Source: an uncultured delta proteobacterium
GTDB taxonomy: Bacteria; Myxococcota_A; Polyangia; Polyangiales; Polyangiaceae
Assembly: GCA_963806225.1 (NCBI GenBank)
Contig: CAWDXG010000001.1
Location: 1,088,001-1,152,000, forward strand
Reading direction: 5' to 3'
Length of the DNA stretch: 64,000 nucleotides
Each line of letters begins with the position of its first letter. The first letter of the stretch is position 1. Under the pieces are notes generated by a model, which was not told where the DNA came from, did no database searches, and worked only from the letters and a program-made list of their open reading frames with translations. Positions 8,440-19,454 of this stretch are shown here, one piece after another. A program made the translations under genes and the position numbers.

Positions 8440-10257
8440 ATGCGTATCGCACTTCTGTATCCACCGCCGTGGAAGATCCCGGCGAAGGGCGAGCCTGCCG
8501 ACCAGAAGGGGGACGGTCCGCCGCGCGACTACCGGGAGGGCGATCTGGATGCCGACTTCCACCAGACGCCCTATGGCCTGTACTCGCTCGGCGCCCAGGC
8601 GCTGGCGGCCGGGCACCAGGTCAAGCTCTTCAACCTGTCGGGCTTCGCCTGGTCGCGCGTCGAGGAGATCATCCAGGCGCTGGACGCCGACCTGTTCGGC
8701 ATGTCGTGCTGGACGGCGAACCGCCGCGGCGTCGGCCTGGTGGCCGATCTGATCCGCAGCCGGCACCCCGGCGCGCACATTGTCATCGGCGGGCCGCACG
8801 CCACGCCGCTCGCCCGCGAGATGCTCCAGCACCACGCGGCCCTCGACACCGTCGTTACCGGCGAAGGCGAGCTCACGTTCATGGAGCTGGTCGACCGGCT
8901 CGAGAGCGGACAGCCGGCGACGGGCATCCCCGGCACCTTCTACCGCGAAGGCGGACGCGTGCTGGAGGCTGCGCCGCGCGCGTCGATTCCGGATCTGGAC
9001 TCGCTGGTCTCGCCGCACCGCTACTACCGCACGCACATCGTGATGACGTCGCGGGGCTGCCCCTGGCAGTGCACGTTCTGCGGGGCCGACACCACCTGGG
9101 GCCGGGGCTTCCGCGGCCGCTCGGTGCCGAAGGTGCTCGACGATCTCGAGCTCGCGCTCGACAAGGTTCCCGTCCGGATGCTCCAGATCAAGGACGACAC
9201 CTTCACGACCAACAAGAAGCGCGTCCTCGAGCTGTGCCGCGGCATCCGCGAGCGCGGGCTCCAGTTCCTGTGGAGCTGCGACACGCGCGTGGACGTGCTG
9301 AGCGAGGAGCTGCTCCGCGAGATGCGCCTGGCCGGGTGCCAGCGGCTGAGCCTGGGCGTCGAGTCCGGCTCGCCGGCGATCCTCTCGGCCATCAACAAGA
9401 AGATCACGCCGGACAAGATCATCCAGAGCACCGAGATGGCGAAGAAATTCGGCATCCAGGTGCGCTACTACATGATGCTGGGAAACCGCGGCGAGACGGC
9501 GGAAACTTTCCACGAGACGCTCGAATTTTTGCAGCGCGCCAAGCCGCACCAGTACCTGTTCTCCTGCCTCAGCATCTACCCCGGCACCGTCGACTTCCAC
9601 GATGCCGAGAAGCAGGGCTGGCTGGACCGGAAAAGGTACTTCACCGGTGACTTCCAGGAGCTGAAGACGCCCTTCGATGCTTCCGACGCGGACGCGCGGA
9701 TGATGGACAAGTGGTTCTCGGAGAACTCGGGGCTCCAGGACTTCTACCGGGAAGGAACGGACGAGTGCCGCGCCATCCTCGAGCGGCTCGGCGACCACCA
9801 CGCGGCCCACATGGACCTGGCCGGCGCGTACTATCGCGACGGCCAGCTCGACAAGGCGGAGGAACACGCGCGCCGTGCGCTCGAGCTCGGCTATCCACTG
9901 CCCGGGCTCGCGCTCGACTACCTCGCGTGCATCGCGTTCGCCCGCGGCGATATCCAGGGCATGCAGGACCACTTCATGCGCGCCGCGAAGACGGATCCGC
10001 AACACGCCGTGTTGATCGAGAACGTGCAGGCCGCACGCAGGTGGTTTGCCGACAAGGGGCCCGAGCGCGGCCTGCCGCTGCGTCTCGTCGCGCGTCACGA
10101 TTTCCTGCTTCTCGAGCGCACGGAGCAGCCGTCGCTGCCCGGCGCTCTTCCGGACGACTTCGCCGAGTGGGCGCCGGCTCAGCCGCTCTCCGACAACGCC
10201 GACAGCCAGTCGTCGGCCCAGCCGCGCACGCGCTTGAAGGTCGTCTCGTCGCCGTAG
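8440..10257 (+). CDS. B12-binding radical SAM protein with C-terminal TPR-like helices
   Basis: IVIGGPHAT, VTGEGE, SRGCPWQCTFC (CxxxCxxC), LGVESGS; AHMDLAGAYY...ALDYLACIAF TPR-like segment. Confidence 0.9.
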   Translation: MRIALLYPPPWKIPAKGEPADQKGDGPPRDYREGDLDADFHQTPYGLYSLGAQALAAGHQVKLFNLSGFAWSRVEEIIQALDADLFGMSCWTANRRGVGLVADLIRSRHPGAHIVIGGPHATPLAREMLQHHAALDTVVTGEGELTFMELVDRLESGQPATGIPGTFYREGGRVLEAAPRASIPDLDSLVSPHRYYRTHIVMTSRGCPWQCTFCGADTTWGRGFRGRSVPKVLDDLELALDKVPVRMLQIKDDTFTTNKKRVLELCRGIRERGLQFLWSCDTRVDVLSEELLREMRLAGCQRLSLGVESGSPAILSAINKKITPDKIIQSTEMAKKFGIQVRYYMMLGNRGETAETFHETLEFLQRAKPHQYLFSCLSIYPGTVDFHDAEKQGWLDRKRYFTGDFQELKTPFDASDADARMMDKWFSENSGLQDFYREGTDECRAILERLGDHHAAHMDLAGAYYRDGQLDKAEEHARRALELGYPLPGLALDYLACIAFARGDIQGMQDHFMRAAKTDPQHAVLIENVQAARRWFADKGPERGLPLRLVARHDFLLLERTEQPSLPGALPDDFAEWAPAQPLSDNADSQSSAQPRTRLKVVSSP

Positions 10258-10856
10258 GCCAGCGCCTGCCACAGTGCGCGGGTGACGTTGGCCACGGCCG
10301 TGGCGTTGTCCGAGTGCGTGAGCTCTTCCAGCGCCATCGCGATCTGCTCGGTCTGCGCCAGCGAGTCCATGAGCAGCTTCCTCGGCGGCGCGGCCAGCGA
10401 CATGCTCGTCCACACTTCCCAGTCGTCGGAGAGCTCGTCCGCGGTCGGTTCGCCCAGGCCGAGCTTGGCGCAGAGGTTCGCCAGGTACTCCCACTTCGGC
10501 GTGGGCTCGCCTGGCTGGTAGTCGTCGCCCGAGCTCCGCCACAGCTCGACCGCGGTCTTGAAGGCGTCCTCGTCGAGCTTGTCGGCGCTGCTGGAGCGGT
10601 TGCCGAAGGCGGCGAGCTGGACGGCGATGGAGTCGCCCCGCACCGCGTCGTTCACGCTCTGCGAAAGCCACATGCGCTCGGCGCGCCCGGGCTTCCAGCC
10701 GAGCAGAGTGACCCACAACCGATCCGACCCCGCCGTCTTGAAGCGCTCGGCGGCCGTCCGGCGGCGCTGCTCGTCGCGGTTGGGCGGGCGCGGCGCGCCC
10801 TTCTTCTGCGCGCCGCGCGACTGCTGGGCGCGTCTCAGCTTGCGATTCGAGGACAC
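10179..10856 (-). CDS. Hypothetical protein (overlaps the radical SAM 3' end)
   Basis: Protein-like composition; convergent overlap at 10179-10257. Confidence 0.65.
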   Translation of the reverse strand: MSSNRKLRRAQQSRGAQKKGAPRPPNRDEQRRRTAAERFKTAGSDRLWVTLLGWKPGRAERMWLSQSVNDAVRGDSIAVQLAAFGNRSSSADKLDEDAFKTAVELWRSSGDDYQPGEPTPKWEYLANLCAKLGLGEPTADELSDDWEVWTSMSLAAPPRKLLMDSLAQTEQIAMALEELTHSDNATAVANVTRALWQALAYGDETTFKRVRGWADDWLSALSESG

Positions 10857-11074
10857 ATCGACTCCATCCGCCCCGGGGGCGGGGCCGGCGCATCATAGCC
10901 CAGCTGCGCGACTTCGGTGCGCCATCGCGGCCGCAGCGGACTTCCAGGCGCGGCGTGCCGGGAGCTACTGACAGCCCACGGGTGCCGCGACTGCGCGGCG
11001 GTCGAGTCGAGCCTATGGCGTTCAAGCGCGTTCCGCCGCTTGGCCAGGTGCCGGCAGCGGGCTATGACCCCGCC

Positions 11075-11653
11075 ATGGTTCGCATGCGCGGCATGGCGTT
11101 TCTGGGCACCGCCCGATTCGTCAAGCACACCTACGGCGAGGAGATGCTGCAGCAGATCGTCGCCGATGCCGGCCCAGCGGCGCAGAAGACGTTTTCCAAG
11201 CGCATCGACGGTCTCGGGCTGCACCCGTACCAGGCCTTCGTCGGCTTTCTGCACAGCGCCGACCGGCACCTGGGCAGCGGCGACATGTCGTTCTGCCGCA
11301 CCATCGGAGATATGGCAGCGCGGTTGGATCTCGAGACGATTTTCCGCGTCTACGCCGTGCGACCCGAGCCCGAAAAGATGATCGAGGCGTGTACACCGAT
11401 CTGGGGGATGTACACCGACGGCGGCGGGTACATGGAAGCGATCGACGTCAGCCCGGAGCGCACGGTGCTCCGCATCACGGAGTTCCCCGACATGGATCCC
11501 GCGCACTGCCGGCTGATGGAGGGCTGGATGATCGCCGCCATGGACGCGATCGGCGCTCGCATCCTGCCGGGCGCGTGCGAGTCCGAGTGCACGAGCACCG
11601 GTGGGCGCTACCACGAGTTTTCGTGTCAGTGGGAGCGCAAGACGCCAAAGTAG
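11075..11653 (+). CDS. Myxobacterial V4R-like/TIGR02265-like protein
   Basis: RGMAF..TARFVK..YGEE start and HCRLMEGW...ECTSTGGRYHEFSCQW end. Confidence 0.6.
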   Translation: MVRMRGMAFLGTARFVKHTYGEEMLQQIVADAGPAAQKTFSKRIDGLGLHPYQAFVGFLHSADRHLGSGDMSFCRTIGDMAARLDLETIFRVYAVRPEPEKMIEACTPIWGMYTDGGGYMEAIDVSPERTVLRITEFPDMDPAHCRLMEGWMIAAMDAIGARILPGACESECTSTGGRYHEFSCQWERKTPK

Positions 11654-11656
11654 CGG

Positions 11657-12355
11657 CTACAGCCAGCCCGCCGCGATCAACAGCGACACGCCGCGTGCGG
11701 TGGTGCGGCCCTCCTTGCTCGAGAGGCGCGTTTCCCAGGCGTCGAGCACCGGGCCGACCTGGAAACCCATCCTGGCGCGCCAGTCGTAGCCGACACCGGC
11801 GTGCGCCAGCACGCCCGACATGTCGTCGGCGTGGACCACGATGGTCCTGGGCGACAGAACGGCGTCTTCTTCGCTCGCATACTCGGTGCGCGCGTAGCCC
11901 GCGCCGAAGTCGACGTGCACCGGACCGCGGGGGAACGGGTAGTACTGCACGAGGCCGCCGAGGCTCTGCAGCGACAGATAGCTCAATGTCGTGTGGGGGA
12001 GCTTGGCGCTCCCGGTCATCTGCAGGATGGCGCGCCCTTCGAGGGCAATGGCCAGCCCGTCGAGCGGGGCCCAGCCGGCGGCGAGGTCTACATCGGCGCC
12101 AGCGCCGTTGAACCCGGCCTCGTACACGTACTTGCTGGCCGTTCCGCCGACCGCGCTCGAGGCCGAATAGCTGACCTTGCCGCTCATCACGTCCGGCCCG
12201 ATCCCGGCGCGCAGATACAGGCCCTTGCGTGGCCCGGCACTCTTCGGCGGGGCTGCCGACGCGACGCGGGGGATTGCGCACAGAGCCGTCGCGAAGAAAA
12301 CGGCGAGCGTGACGGGGAGGGGGAGCGAAAGCTTCGGGTGGGGGGTGGGCGGCAA
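11657..12355 (-). CDS. Secreted outer-membrane beta-barrel-like protein
   Basis: Signal peptide, GLYLRAGIG, alternating beta-strand pattern, aromatic C-terminus; start uncertain. Confidence 0.6.
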   Translation of the reverse strand: MPPTPHPKLSLPLPVTLAVFFATALCAIPRVASAAPPKSAGPRKGLYLRAGIGPDVMSGKVSYSASSAVGGTASKYVYEAGFNGAGADVDLAAGWAPLDGLAIALEGRAILQMTGSAKLPHTTLSYLSLQSLGGLVQYYPFPRGPVHVDFGAGYARTEYASEEDAVLSPRTIVVHADDMSGVLAHAGVGYDWRARMGFQVGPVLDAWETRLSSKEGRTTARGVSLLIAAGWL

Positions 12356-12494
12356 GCTGCAGTCTCCAGGCCGCTACGCTACCACGGACCGGCGCCCGCG
12401 AGCCGTTGGCGTGCGCCTGACTCCGGTGTCGCGACGCTGGCACGTTGGCACAGCTTGTTGGCGGGCAACCGCGGGTGGCGATGCAAGGTGGTGC

Positions 12495-12510
12495 CGGCAC
12501 GGCTGTTGCT
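12495..12510 (+). promoter_or_regulatory. Sigma-54 promoter candidate (leaderless position)
   Basis: CGGCACGGCTGTTGCT; predicted start about 12521, ATG at 12522. Confidence 0.55.
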
Positions 12511-12521
12511 ATCGCCCGGGC

Positions 12522-13460
12522 ATGCGACCCCTCGACCGGACTCTCCTGGCTTCCTGTGTGGCCTTCGCCCTCGCCCTCGCCGGATGCGGCGGATCCGTCA
12601 CCGGTCTGGACGGAGCCGCCGGCAGCGGCGGCTCCGCGACCGGCGGCAGCGGCGGCTCCGCGACCGGCGGCAGCGGCGGCTCCGCGACCGGCGGCAGCGG
12701 CGGCTCCGCGACGGGCGGCAGCGGCGGTTCGACGGGCGGCAGCGGCGGCAGCGCCGGCGCGGGAGGAGCCCCGGCGGCCTGCGCGCAGACCCACGACTCG
12801 ATCGGCTTCCAGGTCGAGACCTACGACGGAAGCGCCCTCGGCTGCGGCGTGAAGGGCGGCACCGGTACGCGCTCGATCACCGGCGTGGTCATGGACTCCA
12901 AGCCGGACATGTTCTCGCTCGACTCGTGTCCGCCCAACGCCGACTGCATAGCGCCCATGCAGACGACGATCCGGCTGGTCGAGGCGCCCGCCGGTTTCGC
13001 CATGAGTGTGCCGGCCGGCGCTTTCGTCAAGGTCGACTACGAAGTGCAGCAGCCCTGGGGCTGCGAGCAGCGCATCCTGGTCAAGAATGTGCCGAGCTGG
13101 GGCGGGATGCCGAACCCGATCTCGCCCGACCCGGCGCTGTGGCTCGCAGCCAGCGACGGGAGCGTCGAGCCGCTCGACGGCGCTGGCTTCAAGGTGCAGA
13201 AAAAGGCGCTCGGCTGTCCCGGCTCCAGCCCTGGCTGCGGCGGGGACCCGGCAGACAGCTACCTGCTCGTGTTCAATGCAGGCTCGGGATCGAAGCCCGT
13301 GGCCATGGGCCACAGCATCACGATGATGCATCACGGCGCCGGCTTCGACGAACAGTGGACCGCCAGAAACCTCCGCAGCTACATCAGCGGCGCCTGCGAC
13401 GACTACTGGAACTGGGCCTGGGTGATTTCGGGAACGGAGTTCATGCCGCTCGGCGATTGA
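12522..13460 (+). CDS. Lipoprotein with Gly/Ser linker
   Basis: Lipobox LAGC, (GGSGGSAT)n linker, Cys-containing globular C-terminal domain. Confidence 0.8.
   Translation: MRPLDRTLLASCVAFALALAGCGGSVTGLDGAAGSGGSATGGSGGSATGGSGGSATGGSGGSATGGSGGSTGGSGGSAGAGGAPAACAQTHDSIGFQVETYDGSALGCGVKGGTGTRSITGVVMDSKPDMFSLDSCPPNADCIAPMQTTIRLVEAPAGFAMSVPAGAFVKVDYEVQQPWGCEQRILVKNVPSWGGMPNPISPDPALWLAASDGSVEPLDGAGFKVQKKALGCPGSSPGCGGDPADSYLLVFNAGSGSKPVAMGHSITMMHHGAGFDEQWTARNLRSYISGACDDYWNWAWVISGTEFMPLGD
12621..12750 (+). repeat. Intragenic 24-bp tandem repeat (GGSGGSAT), about 4-5 units
   Basis: Repeating ggcggcagcggcggctccgcgacc. Confidence 0.9.
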
Positions 13461-13508
13461 GCCAATATTGGGATTTCTACGAGCGCCGGGGCGCGGCATG
13501 CTCCCGCC

Positions 13509-16500
13509 ATGCTGATCCTGCCGGGGGCCGCCGCGTTCTCCGTGGCCCGCCTCGAAAAGCGGCTGTCCGCCATCCGGGCGGAAAACCCCAGTGTGCAGCG
13601 TGCCGCTGCGCGCTTCGTGCACTTCGCCGAGGTCGACGGCGTGCTCGATGCGGAGCAGCGCGGGCGGCTCGACCGCCTGCTGGACTACGGCAGGCCGTTC
13701 GAGCCACCGGGATTCGACGGGCGGCGGCGACTCGTGGTTCCGCGCATCGGCACGCGTTCGCCCTGGTCGAGCAAGGCGACCGACATTGCAGTGGGCTGCG
13801 GGCTCGGAGCCGTACGGCGGCTGGAGCGCGGCGTGCTCTGGATGCTCGAGGGAGGGATCTCCGACGAAGCCGCGCTCGGCCGCGCGCTCTCCGATCGCAT
13901 GACCGAGACCGTGCTCCAGAGCGAGGAGCAGGCGGCCGCGCTGTTCTCGCATGCCGAGCCCCGGCCGCTCGCGAGCATCGACGCGCTGGGCGCCGGGCGC
14001 GCGGCGATCGAGCGCGCCAACCTGGAGCTGGGCCTGGCGCTCGCGCCGGACGAAATCGACTATCTGCTCGACGCGTTCCGCGAGCTCGGCCGCAATCCGA
14101 CCGACGTCGAGCTGATGATGTTCGCGCAGGCGAACAGCGAGCACTGCCGCCACAAGATCTTCAACGCGGATTTCGTGCTCGACGGCCGGCCGGAACCCGA
14201 CTCGCTCTTCGCCATGATCAGGAAGAGCACCGAGGCGAGCCCGGCCGGCGTGCTCAGCGCCTATCACGACAACGCGGCGGTGATGGAGGGCACGAGCGCC
14301 GGGCGTTTCTTCCCGGATCCGGAGACGGGGAGCTACGGCTACCACGCCGAGCCTGTCCACATCCTGATGAAGGTGGAGACACACAACCATCCGACGGCCA
14401 TCTCCCCACATCCGGGCGCCTCCACGGGTTCGGGCGGGGAGATCCGGGACGAGGGCGCCACCGGGCGCGGCTCGAAACCCAAGGCGGGGCTGGTCGGCTT
14501 CTCGGTCTCGAACCTGCGCCTGCCCGGCGCGGTGCAGCCGTGGGAGGTCGACCACGGCAAGCCCGATCGCATCGCCTCGGCGCTCGACATCATGCTCGAG
14601 GGCCCGATCGGCGGCGCCGCCTTCAACAACGAGTTCGGGCGCCCCGCGCTCGCCGGCTACTTCCGCAGCTACGAGCAGGAGGTGCCGGGCGCAGAGGGCC
14701 GGGAGGTCCGCGGCTACCACAAGCCGATCATGATCGCCGGCGGGCTCGGCAACATCCGCGCCGAGCACGTCGACAAGCAGCCGATCCCCGTCGGGGCGGC
14801 GATCGTGGTGCTGGGCGGTCCGGCGATGCTCATCGGCCTCGGCGGCGGCGCGGCGTCGAGCATGGCGAGCGGCGCCTCGCACGAGGATCTCGATTTCGCC
14901 TCGGTGCAGCGCGACAACCCCGAGATGCAGCGCCGCTGCCAGGAGGTCATCGACCGCTGCTGGGCGCTCGGTGAAGAAAACCCCATCGTGAGCATCCACG
15001 ACGTGGGCGCCGGCGGTCTGTCCAACGCGCTGCCCGAGCTGGTCCACGGCGGCGGGCGCGGCGCGCGCTTCGAGCTCCGGCGCGTGCCCAACGACGAGCC
15101 CGGCATGTCGCCGCTCGAGATCTGGTGCAACGAGGCGCAGGAGCGCTACGTGCTGGCCATCGGCGCCGCGGGGCTCGGCCGCTTCGAGGCGATCTGCGCG
15201 CGCGAGCGCTGCCCGTACGCCGTGGTCGGGCACGCGACCGCCGACGACCAGCTGGTGGTCGACGACGAGCACTTCGGAAACCGCCCCATCGACATGCCGC
15301 TCGGCGTGCTGCTCGGCAAGCCGCCGCGCATGCGCCGCGAAGGTCGCGCACGTCTCTCCGGAGCAGGAGCGCTTCGAAGTCGCGGCTCTGGACCTGGCCG
15401 AAGCGACGCGCCGGGTGCTGCGCTGCCCACCGTGGCGGACAAGACGTTCCTGGTCACGATCGGCGATCGCAGCGTGACGGGTCTGGTCGCGCGCGACCAG
15501 ATGGTCGGACGCTTCCAGGTGCCGGTCGCCGACGCGGCGCTGACGCTGGCGAGCTACGACGTGGTCAGCGGCGAGGCGATGGCCATGGGCGAGCGCACGC
15601 CCGTTGCGGTGCTCGACGCCGCGGCGTCCGCGCGCCTGGCCGTCGCCGAGGCCATCACGAACATCGCCTCGGCGCCCATCGCGGAGCTGTCGAAGGTGAA
15701 GCTCAGCGCGAACTGGATGGCCGCCGCGGGCCATCCGGGCGAGGACGCGAGGCTCTACGACGCCGTGCGGGCCGTCGGCGCGGAGCTCTGCCCGGCGCTC
15801 GGCATCGCCATCCCCGTCGGCAAGGACTCGATGAGCATGCGCACGGTGTGGGACGAGGCCGGGCAGGCCAGGAGCGTCACTGCGCCGCTGTCGCTCATCG
15901 TGAGCGCGTTCGCACCGGTCGAGGACGTCCGCCGCGCGCTGACTCCCGAGCTGTCGCTGGAAGACGGCGACACCGAGCTCTTGCTCGTCGATCTCGGCCG
16001 CGGGCAGCACCGCCTCGGCGCGAGCTGCCTTTCGCAGGTCTACGGCAAGCTCGGCGACGCGCCGCCGGATCTCGACGATCCGGCGCTGCTCGCGCGGCTT
16101 CTTCGCCGCGGTGCAGTTGCTGGGCCGCGAGCGACGGCTGCTCGCGTATCACGATCGCTCCGACGGGGGCCTTCTGGTCACGCTGCTGGAGATGGCCTTT
16201 GCGGGCGGCGCCGGGCTCGAGATCGATCTCGGGGCGCTCGCGGGCGAGCGACGCCGCGCTGCTGTTCTCGCGAGGAGCTGGGCGCAGTGCTGCAGGTCCG
16301 CGCCGCCGACGTGACCCGCGCGCGCGAGGTGTTCGCCGCCTGCGGTCTGGGCGACGCCGTGCACGGCATCGGACGGCCCGCAGCAGAAAACCGCGTCGTC
16401 GTCAGTCGTGGCGAGCGCGTGCTGCTCGACGAGGACCGCTTCGAGCTGCGCGGCGTGTGGTCGGCCACCAGCCATCGCATGCAGGCGCTCCGGGACGACC

Positions 16501-17390
16501 CGGCCTGTGCGGACGAGGAGCAGGAGAGCCGCACCGCGCGCGACAAGCCGGGCCTGGTCTGCCGCACGACGTTCGACGTGGACGAGCGCGTGGCTCGGCC
16601 GTTCATCGGCAAAGGCGCGCGCCCGCGCGTCGCGATCCTGCGCGAGCAGGGTGTCAACGGGCAGGTCGAGATGGCAGCGGCGTTCGACCGCGCGGGATTC
16701 GACGCGGTCGACGTGCACATGAGCGATCTGCTCGGCGGCGGGGTGACGCTCGATGGCTTCCGGGGGCTGGTGGCCTGCGGCGGCTTCAGCTACGGCGACG
16801 TGCTGGGCGCCGGCGGCGGCTGGGCGAAGTCCATCCTGTTCAACCCGCAGGCGCGCGAGACGTTCCGTCGCTTCTTCGAGCGGGAGGACAGCTTCACCCT
16901 CGGCGTCTGCAACGGTTGCCAGATGCTGTCGGTGCTGCGCGAGCTGATTCCCGGCGCTGGCGGCTGGCCCCGCTTCGTGCAGAACCGTTCGGAGCAGTTC
17001 GAGGCGCGTCTGTCGCTGGTGCGCGTCGAACCGAGCCCGTCGATCCTGCTCTGTGGCATGGAGGGCTCGGTGCTGCCGATCGTGGTCGCGCACGGCGAAG
17101 GGCGTGCCGATCTCGACTCGGGCCACGCCAGCGAGCTCGAGCGCCAGAACCTCGTCGCCGCACGCTACGTCACCGGCCACGGGTTGCCCACCGAGCACTA
17201 TCCCGAAAACCCCAACGGCTCGCCCCGCGGCATCACCGCGCTCACCACGCCCGACGGCCGCGTGACGATCATGATGCCGCACCCCGAGCGCGTGTTCCGC
17301 GCCGTGCAGTACTCCTGGCGGCCGGGCGAGTGGCGCGAGGACGGGCCCTGGATGCGCCTGTTCGACAACGCGCGCGTCTGGGTCGGGTAG
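13509..17390 (+). CDS. purL: Phosphoribosylformylglycinamidine synthase (large single-chain PurL), with two internally off-frame segments
   Basis: [62 protein letters not shown] is present only in an alternate frame. Confidence 0.97.
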   Translation: MLILPGAAAFSVARLEKRLSAIRAENPSVQRAAARFVHFAEVDGVLDAEQRGRLDRLLDYGRPFEPPGFDGRRRLVVPRIGTRSPWSSKATDIAVGCGLGAVRRLERGVLWMLEGGISDEAALGRALSDRMTETVLQSEEQAAALFSHAEPRPLASIDALGAGRAAIERANLELGLALAPDEIDYLLDAFRELGRNPTDVELMMFAQANSEHCRHKIFNADFVLDGRPEPDSLFAMIRKSTEASPAGVLSAYHDNAAVMEGTSAGRFFPDPETGSYGYHAEPVHILMKVETHNHPTAISPHPGASTGSGGEIRDEGATGRGSKPKAGLVGFSVSNLRLPGAVQPWEVDHGKPDRIASALDIMLEGPIGGAAFNNEFGRPALAGYFRSYEQEVPGAEGREVRGYHKPIMIAGGLGNIRAEHVDKQPIPVGAAIVVLGGPAMLIGLGGGAASSMASGASHEDLDFASVQRDNPEMQRRCQEVIDRCWALGEENPIVSIHDVGAGGLSNALPELVHGGGRGARFELRRVPNDEPGMSPLEIWCNEAQERYVLAIGAAGLGRFEAICARERCPYAVVGHATADDQLVVDDEHFGNRPIDMPLGVLLGKPPRMRREGRARLSGAGALRSRGSGPGRSDAPGAALPTVADKTFLVTIGDRSVTGLVARDQMVGRFQVPVADAALTLASYDVVSGEAMAMGERTPVAVLDAAASARLAVAEAITNIASAPIAELSKVKLSANWMAAAGHPGEDARLYDAVRAVGAELCPALGIAIPVGKDSMSMRTVWDEAGQARSVTAPLSLIVSAFAPVEDVRRALTPELSLEDGDTELLLVDLGRGQHRLGASCLSQVYGKLGDAPPDLDDPALLARLLRRGAVAGPRATAARVSRSLRRGPSGHAAGDGLCGRRRARDRSRGARGRATPRCCSREELGAVLQVRAADVTRAREVFAACGLGDAVHGIGRPAAENRVVVSRGERVLLDEDRFELRGVWSATSHRMQALRDDPACADEEQESRTARDKPGLVCRTTFDVDERVARPFIGKGARPRVAILREQGVNGQVEMAAAFDRAGFDAVDVHMSDLLGGGVTLDGFRGLVACGGFSYGDVLGAGGGWAKSILFNPQARETFRRFFEREDSFTLGVCNGCQMLSVLRELIPGAGGWPRFVQNRSEQFEARLSLVRVEPSPSILLCGMEGSVLPIVVAHGEGRADLDSGHASELERQNLVAARYVTGHGLPTEHYPENPNGSPRGITALTTPDGRVTIMMPHPERVFRAVQYSWRPGEWREDGPWMRLFDNARVWVG

Positions 17391-17409
17391 AGCGGTCGAC
17401 GCGGCCTGG

Positions 17410-18229
17410 CTACTGCCCCGGCGCGAGGTGGAAGCTGACGCTGTTGACCTGGTCGAACTGACCGAAAATGTATTCCGACGAGAACTTCTTCAGCTGGAGC
17501 TTCTGCGTGCCGACCAGGTCGTTCGACGTGGTGGGATCGAAGTCGTACACCACCATTGTCATGCCCGAGAGCGATGCGCCGGAGAAGTTGACGGGCGCGC
17601 CCGAGCTCGCGACGGTGCCGTCCCCGGCCGAGTAGCTGCACGACGTTCTGGTTGGAGCAGTAGTTGGTGCAACCGTGCGTGCCCTGTCCGTCGTCGAAAC
17701 AGACCATCGGGTCCGGCAGGTCGCCGGGCAGGTCCCAGCCGTAGCCGTTCTGCTTGGTGGCCTGGATGTCCACGCTGTCGACGACGATGTGGAAGGGCGC
17801 GGCCGGGTCGAGCTGGTCGGTGCAATTGCCGCTGTCGCACGCGATGCCGTACGCACAGGACGTGCACACGCTGCCCTGGGTTCCGCACTTCTGCCACGAC
17901 TGCTGGGCCTGGGCGACGCACGTACTGCCGACGCAGCAGCCGTCGCAGGTGCCGCACGTCGACACCGCGCCGCCCGCACCCGCCGTGCCCGAGCCTGCCG
18001 CGCCGCCGCTGCTCACGCCGGCGGTACCGCCGGCGCCCGCCGTGCTCACGCCGCCGGTCCCGCCGCCGGTCGCGTTGCCGCTACCGCCGCTCCCGGCCGC
18101 CGCGCCGCCGGCCCCGCTGCTCGAGAAGGTGTCCGAGCTGCCGCACGCGCTGGCTGTTGCCAGTGCGAAGGTGGCTGCGACGGCGATTCTCGATATCGAG
18201 CGGGAGCGTGCTGACTTCTGCCATCCCAT
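17410..18229 (-). CDS. Lipoprotein with Cys-rich region and C2-like domain; +1 indel near 17645
   Basis: GGAGGAG RBS; lipobox ASAC; WDLPGDLPDPMV in one frame and VYDFDPTTSNDLVG in the next. Confidence 0.65.
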
Positions 18230-18350
18230 GCGCGGTCTCTCCTCCGGGCGCGAGCCGTCCGCTTCGCAGCGTAGCCGACCCGCCCGCCAGAGTGGAGTGA
18301 TTTCGCGCTGCGTCAAGCCGACAGCATCGAACCATGCTAGCCGGATCGGG

Positions 18351-18653
18351 ATGCTCCCCGCTGCCCGCTCCGCTCTTCTCGCGTCCGTCACCATGCTGCT
18401 TGGATGTGGCGGCACGAAGGCGCCGCCGGCGCAGCCGCCGCCGGCGCAGCAAGCATCCAGCGATGCCCCTTCGGGCGATCCCTGTCACCACGGCGCCACG
18501 ACGGAAGAAGCGCGGCGCTGTCTCGACCGCGCCGAGGCGATGCAGCACTCGGGAGAGTCGGGCGCGGCGCAGTTGGCCGCCAAGGTGTGCGGCGGTCACC
18601 TCGACAAGCACGACTGGGCGCGCTGCTTCAACCTCGGGGTGATGGTGCAGTAG
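18351..18653 (+). CDS. Small lipoprotein ending in a single Sel1/Hcp-like Cys repeat (possibly truncated)
   Basis: Lipobox LLGC; C-terminal KVC...RCFNLGVM. Confidence 0.5.
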   Translation: MLPAARSALLASVTMLLGCGGTKAPPAQPPPAQQASSDAPSGDPCHHGATTEEARRCLDRAEAMQHSGESGAAQLAAKVCGGHLDKHDWARCFNLGVMVQ

Positions 18654-18655
18654 TC

Positions 18656-19306
18656 GTGCGAGCCGGGTTCGGACTGTGTGTGCTCGCGATCGCCGTCGGC
18701 GGTTGCACGAAGCGTGTTTCTCCGCTCGGTTCCGGATTCACCGATCGCTTCGATCGACGCAGGATCGGTCCCGACTACAACAACACCGGAGGTCCGTACC
18801 GCATCGACCACGGTGCGCTGACGGTGTCGCGCGCGCACAACCACCCGCTGTGGTTGAAGCGCCATCTGCCGCACGACGTGCAGGTCGATTTCGACGTGAC
18901 GGGCTCTTCGACGGACGGCGACATGAAGGTGGTGCTGTTCGGCGACGGCGAGAGCCACGAGTCGGACGAGGCTGTGCGTCGGGATCTCATCTACACTTCC
19001 AGCGGCTACGTCTTCATCTTCGGCGGCTGGCGGAATTCTCGCTCGGTGCTGGTTCGGCAGAACGAGCACGCCTGGCAGGATGACAAGTCCGTCCCACTCC
19101 GCACACACCCAAAAGTGCAGCCCGGGCACACCTACCATTTCACGATTTCGCGGCGCGGCGCACACCTCGACTGGCGCATCGACGGCCACCCCTTCCTCGC
19201 GTGGGATGACCCCCACCCACTCAGCGGATCCGGACACGATCGCTTCGGATTCACCGGTTGGGAAACGAAGGTCGCGTTCGACAACCTCGTGATCAAGCCG
19301 CTCTGA
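18656..19306 (+). CDS. Lipoprotein with concanavalin-A-like beta-sandwich
   Basis: VGGC lipobox; FTDRFDR...GYVFIFGGWRN...FDNLVIKPL. Confidence 0.7.
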   Translation: MRAGFGLCVLAIAVGGCTKRVSPLGSGFTDRFDRRRIGPDYNNTGGPYRIDHGALTVSRAHNHPLWLKRHLPHDVQVDFDVTGSSTDGDMKVVLFGDGESHESDEAVRRDLIYTSSGYVFIFGGWRNSRSVLVRQNEHAWQDDKSVPLRTHPKVQPGHTYHFTISRRGAHLDWRIDGHPFLAWDDPHPLSGSGHDRFGFTGWETKVAFDNLVIKPL

Positions 19307-19454
19307 GGCGTGTGAGACGCGCACGACGGCGCGCAAGTGCCACACCGTGCACGCAGTGCTTGCGCATGTCGCGCACCGCACCGCGCAATGCATGCACCCG
19401 ACTAGTCTGCTTGCGCGTGCGGCGCGCAAGGCTCGCGCATGTCAACGTGAGGGC

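Noticed and set aside
11475..16010. Very long antisense or alternate-frame ORFs (also 8422-11025, 11801-14974, 27890-29695, 57592-59364)
   Set aside because: Typical stop-poor shadow frames of high-GC genes, with no motifs.
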